NCBI RefSeq assembly: GCF_009914755.1
Contig: NC_060947.1
Reading direction: 5' to 3' (one strand)
DNA length: 64,000 nt
Source: the human T2T-CHM13v2.0 reference genome, Homo sapiens
In this document: positions 24,683-37,022 of the stretch, piece after piece
Layout: the number at the start of each line of letters is the position of its first letter
Position numbering within the stretch: position 1 is the first letter of the stretch
Position numbers and translations under genes: made by a program
Notes under the pieces: model-generated
Databases searched by the model: none
Seen by the model: only the letters and a program-made list of their open reading frames with translations
What the model was told of the DNA's origin: nothing

Positions 24683-27600
24683 TATTCCCGTTTCCAACGA
24701 AATCCTCAGAGAGGTCCAAATATCCACCTGCAGATTCTACCAAAAGTGTATTTGGAAACTGCTCCATCAAAAGGCATGTTCAGCTCTGTGAGTGAAACTC
24801 CATCATCACAAAGAATATTCTGAGAATGCTTCCGTTTGCCTTTTATATGAAGTTCCTTCCTATACGACCGTAGGCCTCAAAGCAGTCCAAATCTCCATTT
24901 GCAGATTCTACAAAAAGAGTGATTCCAATCTGCTCTATCAATAGGATTGTTCAACTCCATGAGTTGAATGCCATCCTCACAAAGTAGTTTCTGAGAATGC
25001 TTCTATTTAATTTTTATGTGAAGATATTTCCTTTTCCACCACAGGCCTCAAAGCCCTCCAAACGTCCACTTGCAGATTCTCGAAAAAGAGTGTTTCATAG
25101 CTGCTCTTTCAAAAGGAAAGTTCAACTCTGGGAGTTGAATACAAACATCACAAAGTAGTTTCCGAGAATGCTTCTGTTTAGTTTTTATGTGAAGATGATC
25201 CCGTTTCCAGTGAAATCTTCAAAGAGGTCCACATATCCCCTTGCAGATTCCAAAGAAAGAGGGTTTCAAAACTGCTCCATCAGAAGGATTGTTCAACTCT
25301 GTGAGTTGAATGCAGTCATCGCAGAAAACTTTCTGAGAATGCTTCTGTCTAGGTTTGATGTGAAGATATAGACGTTTCAAACGAAGGCTACAAAGTGGTC
25401 AAAATATACACTTGCAGATTCTACTACAAGGGTGTTGCAAACCTGAACTATCAAAGGAAGGTTCAACTCTGTGAGTTGAATACAAACATCACAAAGAATG
25501 TTCTGAGTTTGCTTCCGTTCAGTTATGGGAAGTTGATCCCGTTTCCAACGAAATCCTCCGAGAGGTCCAAATATCCCCTTGCAGATTCTACAAAACGTGT
25601 GTTTGGAAACTGCTCCATCATAACGAATGTTCAGCTCCCTGAGTTAAACTCCATCGTCACAAAGAATTTTCTGAGAGTGCTACCGTCTGGTTTTTATATG
25701 AAGCTCTTTCCTTCACTACCACAGGCCTCAAAGTGGTCCAAATCTCCACTTGCAGATTCTACAAAAAGAGTGTTTGCAAACTGCTCTATCAAAAGGAATG
25801 TTCAACTCTGGGAGTTGAATGCAATCATCACAGAGCAGTTTCTGAGAATGCTTCTATGTCGTTTTTAGGAGAAGATATTTCCTTTTCCAACACAGTCCTC
25901 CAAGCCCGCTAAATATCCACTTGCATGTTGTAGAAAAAGTGTGCAAAGCTGCGCTATCAAAGGGAAAGTTCAACTCTGTGAGGTGAATGCAAACATCCCA
26001 AAGAAGTTTCTGAGAATGCTTCCGTTTAGCTTTTAGGTGAAGATTATCCCGTTTCCAACGAAACCTTCAAAGAGGTCCAAATATCCCCTTGCGGATCCCA
26101 CAGAAAGAGTGTTTCGAAACTGCTGTTTCAAAAGGAATCTTCAACTCTGTGAGTTGAATGCAATCATCACAAAGAAGTTTCTGACAATGCTTCTCTCTCG
26201 TCTTTCTGTGAAGATAAAGGAAAAGGCTTTCAGGCCTTTGCCACCACAGGCCTGAAAGCGCTCCAAATGTCCACTTGCAGATTCTGCGAAAAGAATATTT
26301 CAAAACTGCTCTATGAAAAGCAATGTTAAACTCTGTGGCTCGAACACAAACATCACAAAGCAGTTTCTGAGAATGCTTCAGTTTAGTTTTTCTGTGGAAA
26401 TATTCCCGTTTCCAAAGAAATCTTCAAAGAGGTCCACGTATCCACTTACAGATTCTACAAAAAGACAGTTTCAAAACTGCTCCATCAAAAGGAGGGTTCA
26501 ACTGTGTGACTTGAATGCAATCATCACTCAGAAGTTTCTGAGAATGCTTCTCTTTAGTTTTTACGTGAACATATACCCGTTTCGAACGAAGGCCACCCAG
26601 TGGTCCAAATATCCACTTGCAGATTCTACAGAAAGAGTGTTTCGAACACGAACTCTCAAAGGCAGGTTCATCTCTGCGAGTTAAATGCATTCATCATGAA
26701 GAACTTTCTCAGAGTGTTTGTGTTTAGTTATGGGAAATTATTCCCGTTTCCAACGAAATCCTCAGAGAGGTCCAAATATCCACCTGCAGATTCTACCAAA
26801 AGTGTATTTGGAAACTGCTCCATCAAAAGGCATGTTCAGCTCTGTGAGTGAAACTCCATCATCACAAAGAATATTCTGAGAATGCTTCCGTTTGCCTTTT
26901 ATATGAAGTTCCTTCCTATACGACCGTAGGCCTCAAAGCAGTCCAAATCTCCATTTGCAGATTCTACAAAAAGAGTGATTCCAATCTGCTCTATCAATAG
27001 GATTGTTCAACTCCATGAGTTGAATGCCATCCTCACAAAGTCGTTTCTGAGAATGCTTCTATCTAGTTTTTATGTGAAGATATTTCCTTTTCCACCACAG
27101 GCCTCAAAGCCCTCCAAACGTCCACTTGCAGATTCTCGAAAAAGAGTGTTTCATAGCTGCTCTTTCAAAAGGAAAGTTCAACTCTGGGAGTTGAATACAA
27201 ACATCACAAAGTAGTTTCCGAGAATGCTTCTGTTTAGTTTTTATGTGAAGATGATCCCGTTTCCAGTGAAATCTTCAAAGAGGTCCACATATCCCCTTGC
27301 AGATTCCAAAGAAAGAGGGTTTCAAAACTGCTCCATCAGAAGGATTGTTCAACTCTGTGAGTTGAATGCAGTCATCGCAGAAAACTTTCTGAGAATGCTT
27401 CTGTCTAGGTTTGATGTGAAGATATAGACGTTTCAAACGAAGGCTACAAAGTGGTCAAAATATACACTTGCAGATTCTACTACAAGGGTGTTGCAAACCT
27501 GAACTATCAAAGGAAGGTTCAACTCTGTGAGTTGAATACAAACATCACAAAGAATGTTCTGAGTATGCTTCCGTTCAGTTATGGGAAGTTGATCCCGTTT

Positions 27601-28794
27601 CCAACGAAATCCTCAGAGAGGTCCAAATATCCCCTTGCAGATTCTACAAAACGTGTGTTTGGAAACTGCTCCATCATAACGAATGTTCAGCTCCCTGAGT
27701 TAAACTCCATCGTCACAAAGAATTTTCTGAGAGTGCTACCGTCTGGTTTTTATATGAAGTTCTTTCCTTCACTACCACAGGCCTCAAAGCGGTCCAAATC
27801 TCCACTTGCAGATTCTACAAAAAGAGTGTTTGCAAACTGCTCTATCAAAAGGAATGTTCAACTCTGGGAGTTGAATGCAATCATCACAGAGCAGTTTCTG
27901 AGAATGCTTCTATGTCGTTTTTAGGAGAAGATATTTCCTTTTCCAACACAGTCCTCCAAGCCCGCTAAATAGCCACTTGCACGTTGTAGAAAAAGTGTGT
28001 CAAAGCTGCGCTATCAAAGGGAAAGTTCAACTCTGTGAGGTGAATGCAAACATCCCAAAGAAGTTTCTGAGAATGCTTCCGTTTAGCTTTTAGGTGAAGA
28101 TTATCCCGTTTCCAACGAAATCTTCAAAGAGGTCCAAATATCCCCTTGCGGATCCCACAGAAAGAGTGTTTCGAAACTGCTGTTTCAAAAGGAAAATCAA
28201 CTCTGTGAGTTGAATGCAATCATCACAAAGAAGTTTCTGACAATGCTTCTCTCTCGTCTTTCTGTGAAGATAAAGGAAAAGGCTTTCAGGCCTTTGCCAC
28301 CACAGGCCTGAAAGCGCTCCAAATGTCCACTTGCAGATTCTGCGAAAAGAATATTTCAAAACTGCTCTATGAAAAGCAATGTTAAACTCTGTGGCTCGAA
28401 CACAAACATCACAAAGCAGTTTCTGAGAATGCTTCAGTTTAGTTTTTCTGTGGAAATATTCCCGTTTCCAAAGAAATCTTCAAAGAGGTCCACGTATCCA
28501 CTTACAGATTCTACAAAAAGACAGTTTCAAAACTGCTCCATCAAAAGGAGGGTTCAACTGTGTGACTTGAATGCAATCATCACTCAGAAGTTTCTGAGAA
28601 TGCTTCTCTTTAGTTTTTACGTGAACATATTCCCGTTTCGAACGAAGGCCACCCAGTGTTCCAAATATCCACTTGCAGATTCTACAAGAAGAGTGTTTCG
28701 AACATGAACTCTCAAAGGCAGGTTCATCTCTGCGAGTTAAATGCATTCATCATGAAGAACTTTCTCAGAGTGTTTGTGTTTAGTTATGGGAAAT
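24683..28794 (-). repeat. HOR13 and HOR14, two 2,056-bp variants with different 1-bp losses
   Basis: gtgtgcaaag versus gtgtgtcaaag near 25943; ggaaaatcaa versus ggaatcttcaa near 28195. Both spacings are 2,056. Confidence 0.88.
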
Positions 28795-31700
28795 TATTCC
28801 CGTTTCCAACGAAATCCTCAGAGAGCTCCAAATGTCCACCTGCAGATTCTACCAAAAGTGTATTTGGAAACTGCTCCATCAAAAGGCAAGTTCAGCTCTG
28901 TGAGTGAAACTCCATCATCACAAAGAATATTCTGAGAATGCTTCCGTTTGCCTTTTATATGAAGTTCCTTCCTGTACTACCGTAGGCCTCAAAGCAGTCC
29001 AAATCTCCATTTGCAGATTCTACAAAAAGAGTGATTCCAATCTGCTCTATCAATAGGATTGTTCAACTCCATGAGTTGAATGCCATCCTCACAAATTAGT
29101 TTCTGAGAATGCTTCTATCTGGTTTTTGTGTGAAGATATTTCCTTTTCCACCACAGGCCTCAAAGCCCTCCAAACGTCCACTTGCAGATTCTCGAAAAAG
29201 AGTGTTTCATAGCTGCTCTTTCAAAAGGAAAGTTCAACTCTGGGAGTTGAATACAAACATCACAAAATAGTTTCCGAGAATGCTTCTGTTTAGTTTTTAT
29301 GTGAAGATGATCCCGTTTCCAGTGAAATCTTCAAAGAGGTCCACATATCCCCTTGCAGATTCCAAAGAAAGAGGGTTTCAAAACTGCTCCATCAAAAGGA
29401 TTGTTCAACTCTGTGAGTTGAATGCAGTCATCGCAGAAAACTTTCTGAGAATGCTTCTGTCTAGGTTTGATGTGAAGATATAGACGTTTCAAACGAAGGC
29501 TACAAAGTGGTCAAAATATACACTTGCAGATTCTACTACAAGGGTGTTGCAAACCTGAACTATCAAAGGAAGGTTCAACTCTGTGAGTTGAATACAAACA
29601 TCACAAAGAATGTTCTGAGTTTGCTTCCGTTCAGTTATGGGAAGTTGATCCCGTTTCCAACGAAATCCTCAGAGAGGTCCAAATATCCCCTTGCAGATTC
29701 TACAAAACGTGTGTTTGGAAACTGCTCCATCATAACGAATGTTCAGCTCCCTGAGTTAAACTCCATCGTCACAAAGAATTTTCTGAGAGTGCTACCGTCT
29801 GGTTTTTATATGAAGTTCTTTCCTTCACTACCACAGGCCTCAAAGCGGTCCAAATCTCCACTTGCAGATTCTACAAAAAGAGTGTTTGCAAACTGCTCTA
29901 TCAAAAGGAATGTTCAACTCTGGGAGTTGAATGCAATCATCACAGAGCAGTTTCTGAGAATGCTTCTATGTCGTTTTTAGGAGAAGATATTTCCTTTTCC
30001 AACACAGTCCTCCAAGCCCGCTAAATAGCCACTTGCACATTGTAGAAAAAGTGTGTCAAAGCTGCGCTATCAAAGGGAAAGTTCAACTCTGTGAGGTGAA
30101 TGCAAACATCCCAAAGAAGTTTCTGAGAATGCTTCCGTTTAGCTTTTAGGTGAAGATTATCCCGTTTCCAACGAAACCTTCAAAGAGGTCCAAATATCCC
30201 CTTGCGGATCCCACAGAAAGAGTGTTTCGAAACTGCTGTTTCAAAAGGAATCTTCAACTCTGTGAGTTGAATGCAATCATCACAAAGAAGTTTCTGACAA
30301 TGCTTCTCTCTCGTCTTTCTGTGAAGATAAAGGAAAAGGCTTTCAGGCCTTTTCCACCACAGGCCTGAAAGCGCTCCAAATGTCCACTTGCAGATTCTGC
30401 CAAAAGAATATTTCAAAACTGCTCTATGAAAAGCAATGTTAAACTCTGTGGCTCGAACACAAACATCACAAAGCAGTTTCTGAGAATGCTTCAGTTTAGT
30501 TTTTCTGTGGAAATATTTCCGTTTCCAAAGAAATCTTCAAAGAGGTCCACGTATCCACTTACAGATTCTACAAAAAGACAGTTTCAAAACTGCTCCATCA
30601 AAAGGAGGGTTCAACTGTGTGACTTGAATGCAATCATCACTCAGAAGTTTCTGAGAACGCTTCTCTTTAGTTTTTACGTGAACATATACCCGTTTCGAAC
30701 GAAGGCCTGCCAGTGGTCCAAATATCCACTTGCAGATTCTACAGAAAGAGTGTTTCGAACCTGAACTCTCAAAGGCAGGTTCATCTCTGCGAGTTAAATG
30801 CATTCATCATGAAGAACTTTCTCAGAGTGTTTGTGTTTAGTTATGGGAAATTATTCCCGTTTCCAACGAAATCCTCAGAGAGCTCCAAATATCCACCTGC
30901 AGATTCTACCAAAAGTGTATTTGGAAACTGCTCCATCAAAAGGCATGTTCAGCTCTGTGAGTGAAACTCCATCATCACAAAGAATATTCTGAGAATGCTT
31001 CCGTTTGCCTTTTATATGAAGTTCCTTCCTATACGACCGTAGGCCTCAAAGCAGTCCAAATCTCCATTTGCAGATTCTACAAAAAGAGTGATTCCAATCT
31101 GCTCTATCAATAGGATTGTTCAACTCCATGAGTTGAATGCCATCCTCACAAAGTCGTTTCTGAGAATGCTTCTATCTAGTTTTTATGTGAAGATATTTCC
31201 TTTTCCACCACAGGCCTCAAAGCCCTCCAAACGTCCACTTGCAGATTCTCGAAAAAGAGTGTTTCATAGCTGCTCTTTCAAAAGGAAAGTTCAACTCTGG
31301 GAGTTGAATACAAACATCACAAAGTAGTTTCCGAGAATGCTTCTGTTTAGTTTTTATGTGAAGATGATCCCGTTTCCAGTGAAATCTTCAAAGAGGTCCA
31401 CATATCCCCTTGCAGATTCCAAAGAAAGAGGGTTTCAAAACTGCTCCATCAGAAGGATTGTTCAACTCTGTGAGTTGAATGCAGTCATCGCAGAAAACTT
31501 TCTGAGAATGCTTCTGTCTAGGTTTGATGTGAAGATATAGACGTTTCAAACGAAGGCTACAAAGTGGTCAAAATATACACTTGCAGATTCTACTACAAGG
31601 GTGTTGCAAACCTGAACTATCAAAGGAAGGTTCAACTCTGTGAGTTGAATACAAGCATCACAAATAATGTTCTGAGTTTGCTTCCGTTCAGTTATGGGAA

Positions 31701-34700
31701 GTTGATCCCGTTTCCAACGAAATCCTCAGAGAGGTCCAAATATCCCCTTGCAGATTCTACAAAACGTGTGTTTGGAAACTGCTCCATCATAACGAATGTT
31801 CAGCTCCCTGAGTTAAACTCCATCGTCACAAAGAATTTTCTGAGAGTGCTACCGTCTGGTTTTTATATGAAGCTCTTTCCTTCACTACCACAGGCCTCAA
31901 AGCGGTCCAAATCTCCACTTGCAGATTCTACAAAAAGAGTGTTTGCAAACTGCTCTATCAAAAGGAATGTTCAACTCTGGGAGTTGAATGCAATCATCAC
32001 AGAGCAGTTTCTGAGAATGCTTCTATGTCGTTTTTAGGAGAAGATATTTCCTTTTCCAACACAGTCCTCCAAGCCCGCTAAATAGCCACTTGCACATTGT
32101 AGAAAAAGTGTGTCAAAGCTGCGCTATCAAAGGGAAAGTTCAACTCTGTGAGGTGAATGCAAACATCCCAAAGAAGTTTCTGAGAATGCTTCCGTTTAGC
32201 TTTTAGGTGAAGATTATCCCGTTTCCAACGAAACCTTCAAAGAGGTCCAAATATCCCCTTGCGGATCCCACAGAAAGAGTGTTTCGAAACTGCTGTTTCA
32301 AAAGGAATCTTCAACTCTGTGAGTTGAATGCAATCATCACAAAGAAGTTTCTGACAATGCTTCTCTCTCGTCTTTCTGTGAAGATAAAGGAAAAGGCTTT
32401 CAGGCCTTTTCCACCACAGGCCTGAAAGCGCTCCAAATGTCCACTTGCAGATTCTGCGAAAAGAATATTTCAAAACTGCTCTATGAAAAGCAATGTTAAA
32501 CTCTGTGGCTCGAACACAAACATCACAAAGCGGTTTCTGAGAATGCTTCAGTTTAGTTTTTCTGTGGAAATATTCCCGTTTCCAAAGAAATCTTCAAAGA
32601 GGTCCACGTATCCACTTACAGATTCTACAAAAAGACAGTTTCAAAACTGCTCCATCAAAAGGAGGGTTCAACTGTGTGACTTGAATGCAATCATCACTCA
32701 GAAGTTTCTGAGAATGCTTCTCTTTAGTTTTTACGTGAACATATACCCGTTTCGTACGAAGGCCACCCAGTGGTCCAAATATCCACTTGCAGATTCTACA
32801 GAAAGAGTGTTTCGAACCTGAACTCTCAAAGGCAGGTTCATCTCTGCGAGTTAAATGCATTCATCATGAAGAACTTTCTCAGAGTGTTTGTGTTTAGTTA
32901 TGGGAAATTATTCCCCTTTCCAACGAAATCCTCAGAGAGCTCCAAATATCCACCTGCAGATTCTACCAAAAGTGTATTTGGAAACTGCTCCATCAAAAGG
33001 CATGTTCAGCTCTGTGAGTGAAACTCCATCATCACAAAGAATATTCTGAGAATGCTTCCGTTTGCCTTTTATATGAAGTTCCTTCCTATACGACCGTAGG
33101 CCTCAAAGCAGTCCAAATCTCCATTTGCAGATTCTACAAAAAGAGTGATTCCAATCTGCTCTATCAATAGGATTGTTCAACTCCATGAGTTGAATGCCAT
33201 CCTCACAAAGTAGTTTCTGAGAATGCTTCTATCTAGTTTTTATGTGAAGATATTTCCTTTTCCACCACAGGCCTCAAAGCCCTCCAAACGTCCACTTGCA
33301 GATTCTCGAAAAAGAGTGTTTCATAGCTGCTCTTTCAAAAGGAAAGTTCAACTCTGGGAGTTGAATACAAACATCACAAAGTAGTTTCCGAGAATGCTTC
33401 TGTTTAGTTTTTATGTGAAGATGATCCCGTTTCCAGTGAAATCTTCAAAGAGGTCCACATATCCCCTTGCAGATTCCAAAGAAAGAGGGTTTCAAAACTG
33501 CTCCATCAGAAGGATTGTTCAACTCTGTGAGTTGAATGCAGTCATCGCAGAAAACTTTCTGAGAATGCTTCTGTCTAGGTTTGATGTGAAGATATAGACG
33601 TTTCAAACGAAGGCTACAAAGTGGTCAAAATATACACTTGCAGATTCTACTACAAGGGTGTTGCAAACCTGAACTATCAAAGGAAGGTTCAACTCTGTGA
33701 GTTGAATACAAACATCACAAAGAATGTTCTGAGTTTGCTTCCGTTCAGTTATGGGAAGTTGATCCCGTTTCCAACGAAATCCTCAGAGAGGTCCAAATAT
33801 CCCCTTGCAGATTCTACAAAACGTGTGTTTGGAAACTGCTCCATCATAACGAATGTTCAGCTCCCTGAGTTAAACTCCATCGTCACAAAGAATTTTCTGA
33901 GAGTGCTACCGTCTGGTATTTATATGAAGCTCTTTCCTTCACTACCACAGGCCTCAAAGCGGTCCAAATCTCCACTTGCAGATTCTACAAAAAGAGTGTT
34001 TGCAAACTGCTCTATCAAAAGGAATGTTCAACTCTGGGAGTTGAATGCAATCATCACAGAGCAGTTTCTGAGAATGCTTCTATGTCGTTTTTAGGAGAAG
34101 ATATTTCCTTTTCCAACACAGTCCTCCAAGCCCGCTAAATAGCCACTTGCACATTGTAGAAAAAGTGTGTCAAAGCTGCGCTATCAAAGGGAAAGTTCAA
34201 CTCTGTGAGGTGAATGCAAACATCCCAAAGAAGTTTCTGAGAATGCTTCCGTTTAGCTTTTAGGTGAAGATTATCCCGTTTCCAACGAAACCTTCAAAGA
34301 GGTCCAAATATCCCCTTGCGGATCCCACAGAAAGAGTGTTTCGAAACTGCTGTTTCAAAAGGAATCTTCAACTCTGTGAGTTGAATGCAATCATCACAAA
34401 GAAGTTTCTGACAATGCTTCTCTCTCGTCTTTCTGTGAAGATAAAGGAAAAGGCTTTCAGGCCTTTTCCACCACAGGCCTGAAAGCGCTCCAAATGTCCA
34501 CTTGCAGATTCTGCGAAAAGAATATTTCAAAACTGCTCTATGAAAAGCAATGTTAAACTCTGTGGCTCGAACACAAACATCACAAAGCGGTTTCTGAGAA
34601 TGCTTCAGTTTAGTTTTTCTGTGGAAATATTCCCGTTTCCAAAGAAATCTTCAAAGAGGTCCACGTATCCACTTACAGATTCTACAAAAAGACAGTTTCA

Positions 34701-37022
34701 AAACTGCTCCATCAAAAGGAGGGTTCAACTGTGTGACTTGAATGCAATCATCACTCACAAGTTTCTGAGAATGCTTCTCTTTAGTTTTTACGTGAACATA
34801 TACCCGTTTCGAACGAAGGCCAGCCAGTGGTCCAAATATCAACTTGCAGATTCTACAGAAAGAGTGTTTCGAACCTGAACTCTCAAAGGCAGGTTCATCT
34901 CTGCGAGTTAAATGCATTCATCATGAAGAACTTTCTCAGAGTGTTTGTGTTTAGTTATGGGAAATTATTCCCGTTTCCAACGAAATCCTCAGAGAGCTCC
35001 AAATATCCACCTGCAGATTCTACCAAAAGTGTATTTGGAAACTGCTCCATCAAAAGGCATGTTCAGCTCTGTGAGTGAAACTCCATCATCACAAAGAATA
35101 TTCTGAGAATGCTTCCGTTTGCCTTTTATATGAAGTTCCTTCCTATACTACCGTAGGCCTCAAAGCAGTCCAAATCTCCATTTGCAGATTCTACAAAAAG
35201 AGTGATTCCAATCTGCTCTATCAATAGGATTGTTCAACTCCATGAGTTGAATGCCATCCTCACAAAGTAGTTTCTGAGAATGCTTCTATCTAGTTTTTAT
35301 GTGAAGATATTTCCTTTTCCACCACAGGCCTCAAAGCCCTCCAAACGTCCACTTGCAGATTCTCGAAAAAGAGTGTTTCATAGCTGCTCTTTCAAAAGGA
35401 AAGTTCAACTCTGGGAGTTGAATACAAACATCACAAAGTAGTTTCCGAGAATGCTTCTGTTTAGTTTTTATGTGAAGATGATCCCGTTTCCAGTGAAATC
35501 TTCAAAGAGGTCCACATATCCCCTTGCAGATTCCAAAGAAAGAGGGTTTCAAAACTGCTCCATCAGAAGGATTGTTCAACTCTGTGAGTTGAATGCAGTC
35601 ATCGCAGAAAACTTTCTGAGAAGGCTTCTGTCTAGGTTTGATGTGAAGATATAGACGTTTCAAACGAAGGCTACAAAGTGGTCAAAATATACACTTGCAG
35701 ATTCTACTACAAGGGTGTTGCAAACCTGAACTATCAAAGGAAGGTTCAACTCTGTGAGTTGAATACAAACATCACAAAGAATGTTCTGAGTTTGCTTCCG
35801 TTCAGTTATGGGAAGTTGATCCCGTTTCCAACGAAATCCTCAGAGAGGTCCAAATATCCCCTTGCAGATTCTACAAAACGTGTGTTTGGAAACTGCTCCA
35901 TCATAACGAATGTTCAGCTCCCTGAGTTAAACTCCATCGTCACAAAGAATTTTCTGAGAGTGCTACCATCTGGTTTTTATATGAAGCTCTTTCCTTCACT
36001 ACCACAGGCCTCAAAGCGGTCCAAATCTCCACTTGCAGATTCTACAAAAAGAGTGTTTGCAAACTGCTCTATCAAAAGGAATGTTCAACTCTGGGAGTTG
36101 AATGCAATCATCACAGAGCAGTTTCTGAGAATGCTTCTATGTCGTTTTTAGGAGAAGATATTTCCTTTTCCAACACAGTCCTCCAAGCCCGCTAAATAGC
36201 CACTTGCACATTGTAGAAAAAGTGTGTCAAAGCTGCGCTATCAAAGGGAAAGTTCAACTCTGTGAGGTGAATGCAAACATCCCAAAGAAGTTTCTGAGAA
36301 TGCTTCCGTTTAGCTTTTAGGTGAAGATTATCCCGTTTCCAACGAAACCTTCAAAGAGGTCCAAATATCCCCTTGTGGATCCCACAGAAAGAGTGTTTCG
36401 AAACTGCTGTTTCAAAAGGAATCTTCAACTCTGTGAGTTGAATGCAATCATCACAAAGAAGTTTCTGACAATGCTTCTCTCTCGTCTTTCTGTGAAGATA
36501 AAGGAAAAGGCTTTCAGGCCTTTTCCACCACAGGCCTGAAAGCGCTCCAAATGTCCACTTGCAGATTCTGCGAAAAGAATATTTCAAAACTGCTCTATGA
36601 AAAGCAATGTTAAACTCTGTGGCTCGAACACAAACATCACAAAGCGGTTTCTGAGAATGCTTCAGTTTAGTTTTTCTGTGGAAATATTCCCGTTTCCAAA
36701 GAAATCTTCAAAGAGGTCCACGTATCCACTTACAGATTCTACAAAAAGACAGTTTCAAAACTGCTCCATCAAAAGGAGGGTTCAACTGTGTGACTTGAAT
36801 GCAATCATCACTCAGAAGTTTCTGAGAATGCTTCTCTTTAGTTTTTACGTGAACATATACCCGTTTCGAACGAAGGCCAGCCAGTGGTCCAAATATCCAC
36901 TTGCAGATTCTACAGAAAGAGTGTTTCGAACCTGAACTCTCAAAGGCAGGTTCATCTCTGCGAGTTAAATGCATTCATCATGAAGAACTTTCTCAGAGTG
37001 TTTGTGTTTAGTTATGGGAAAT

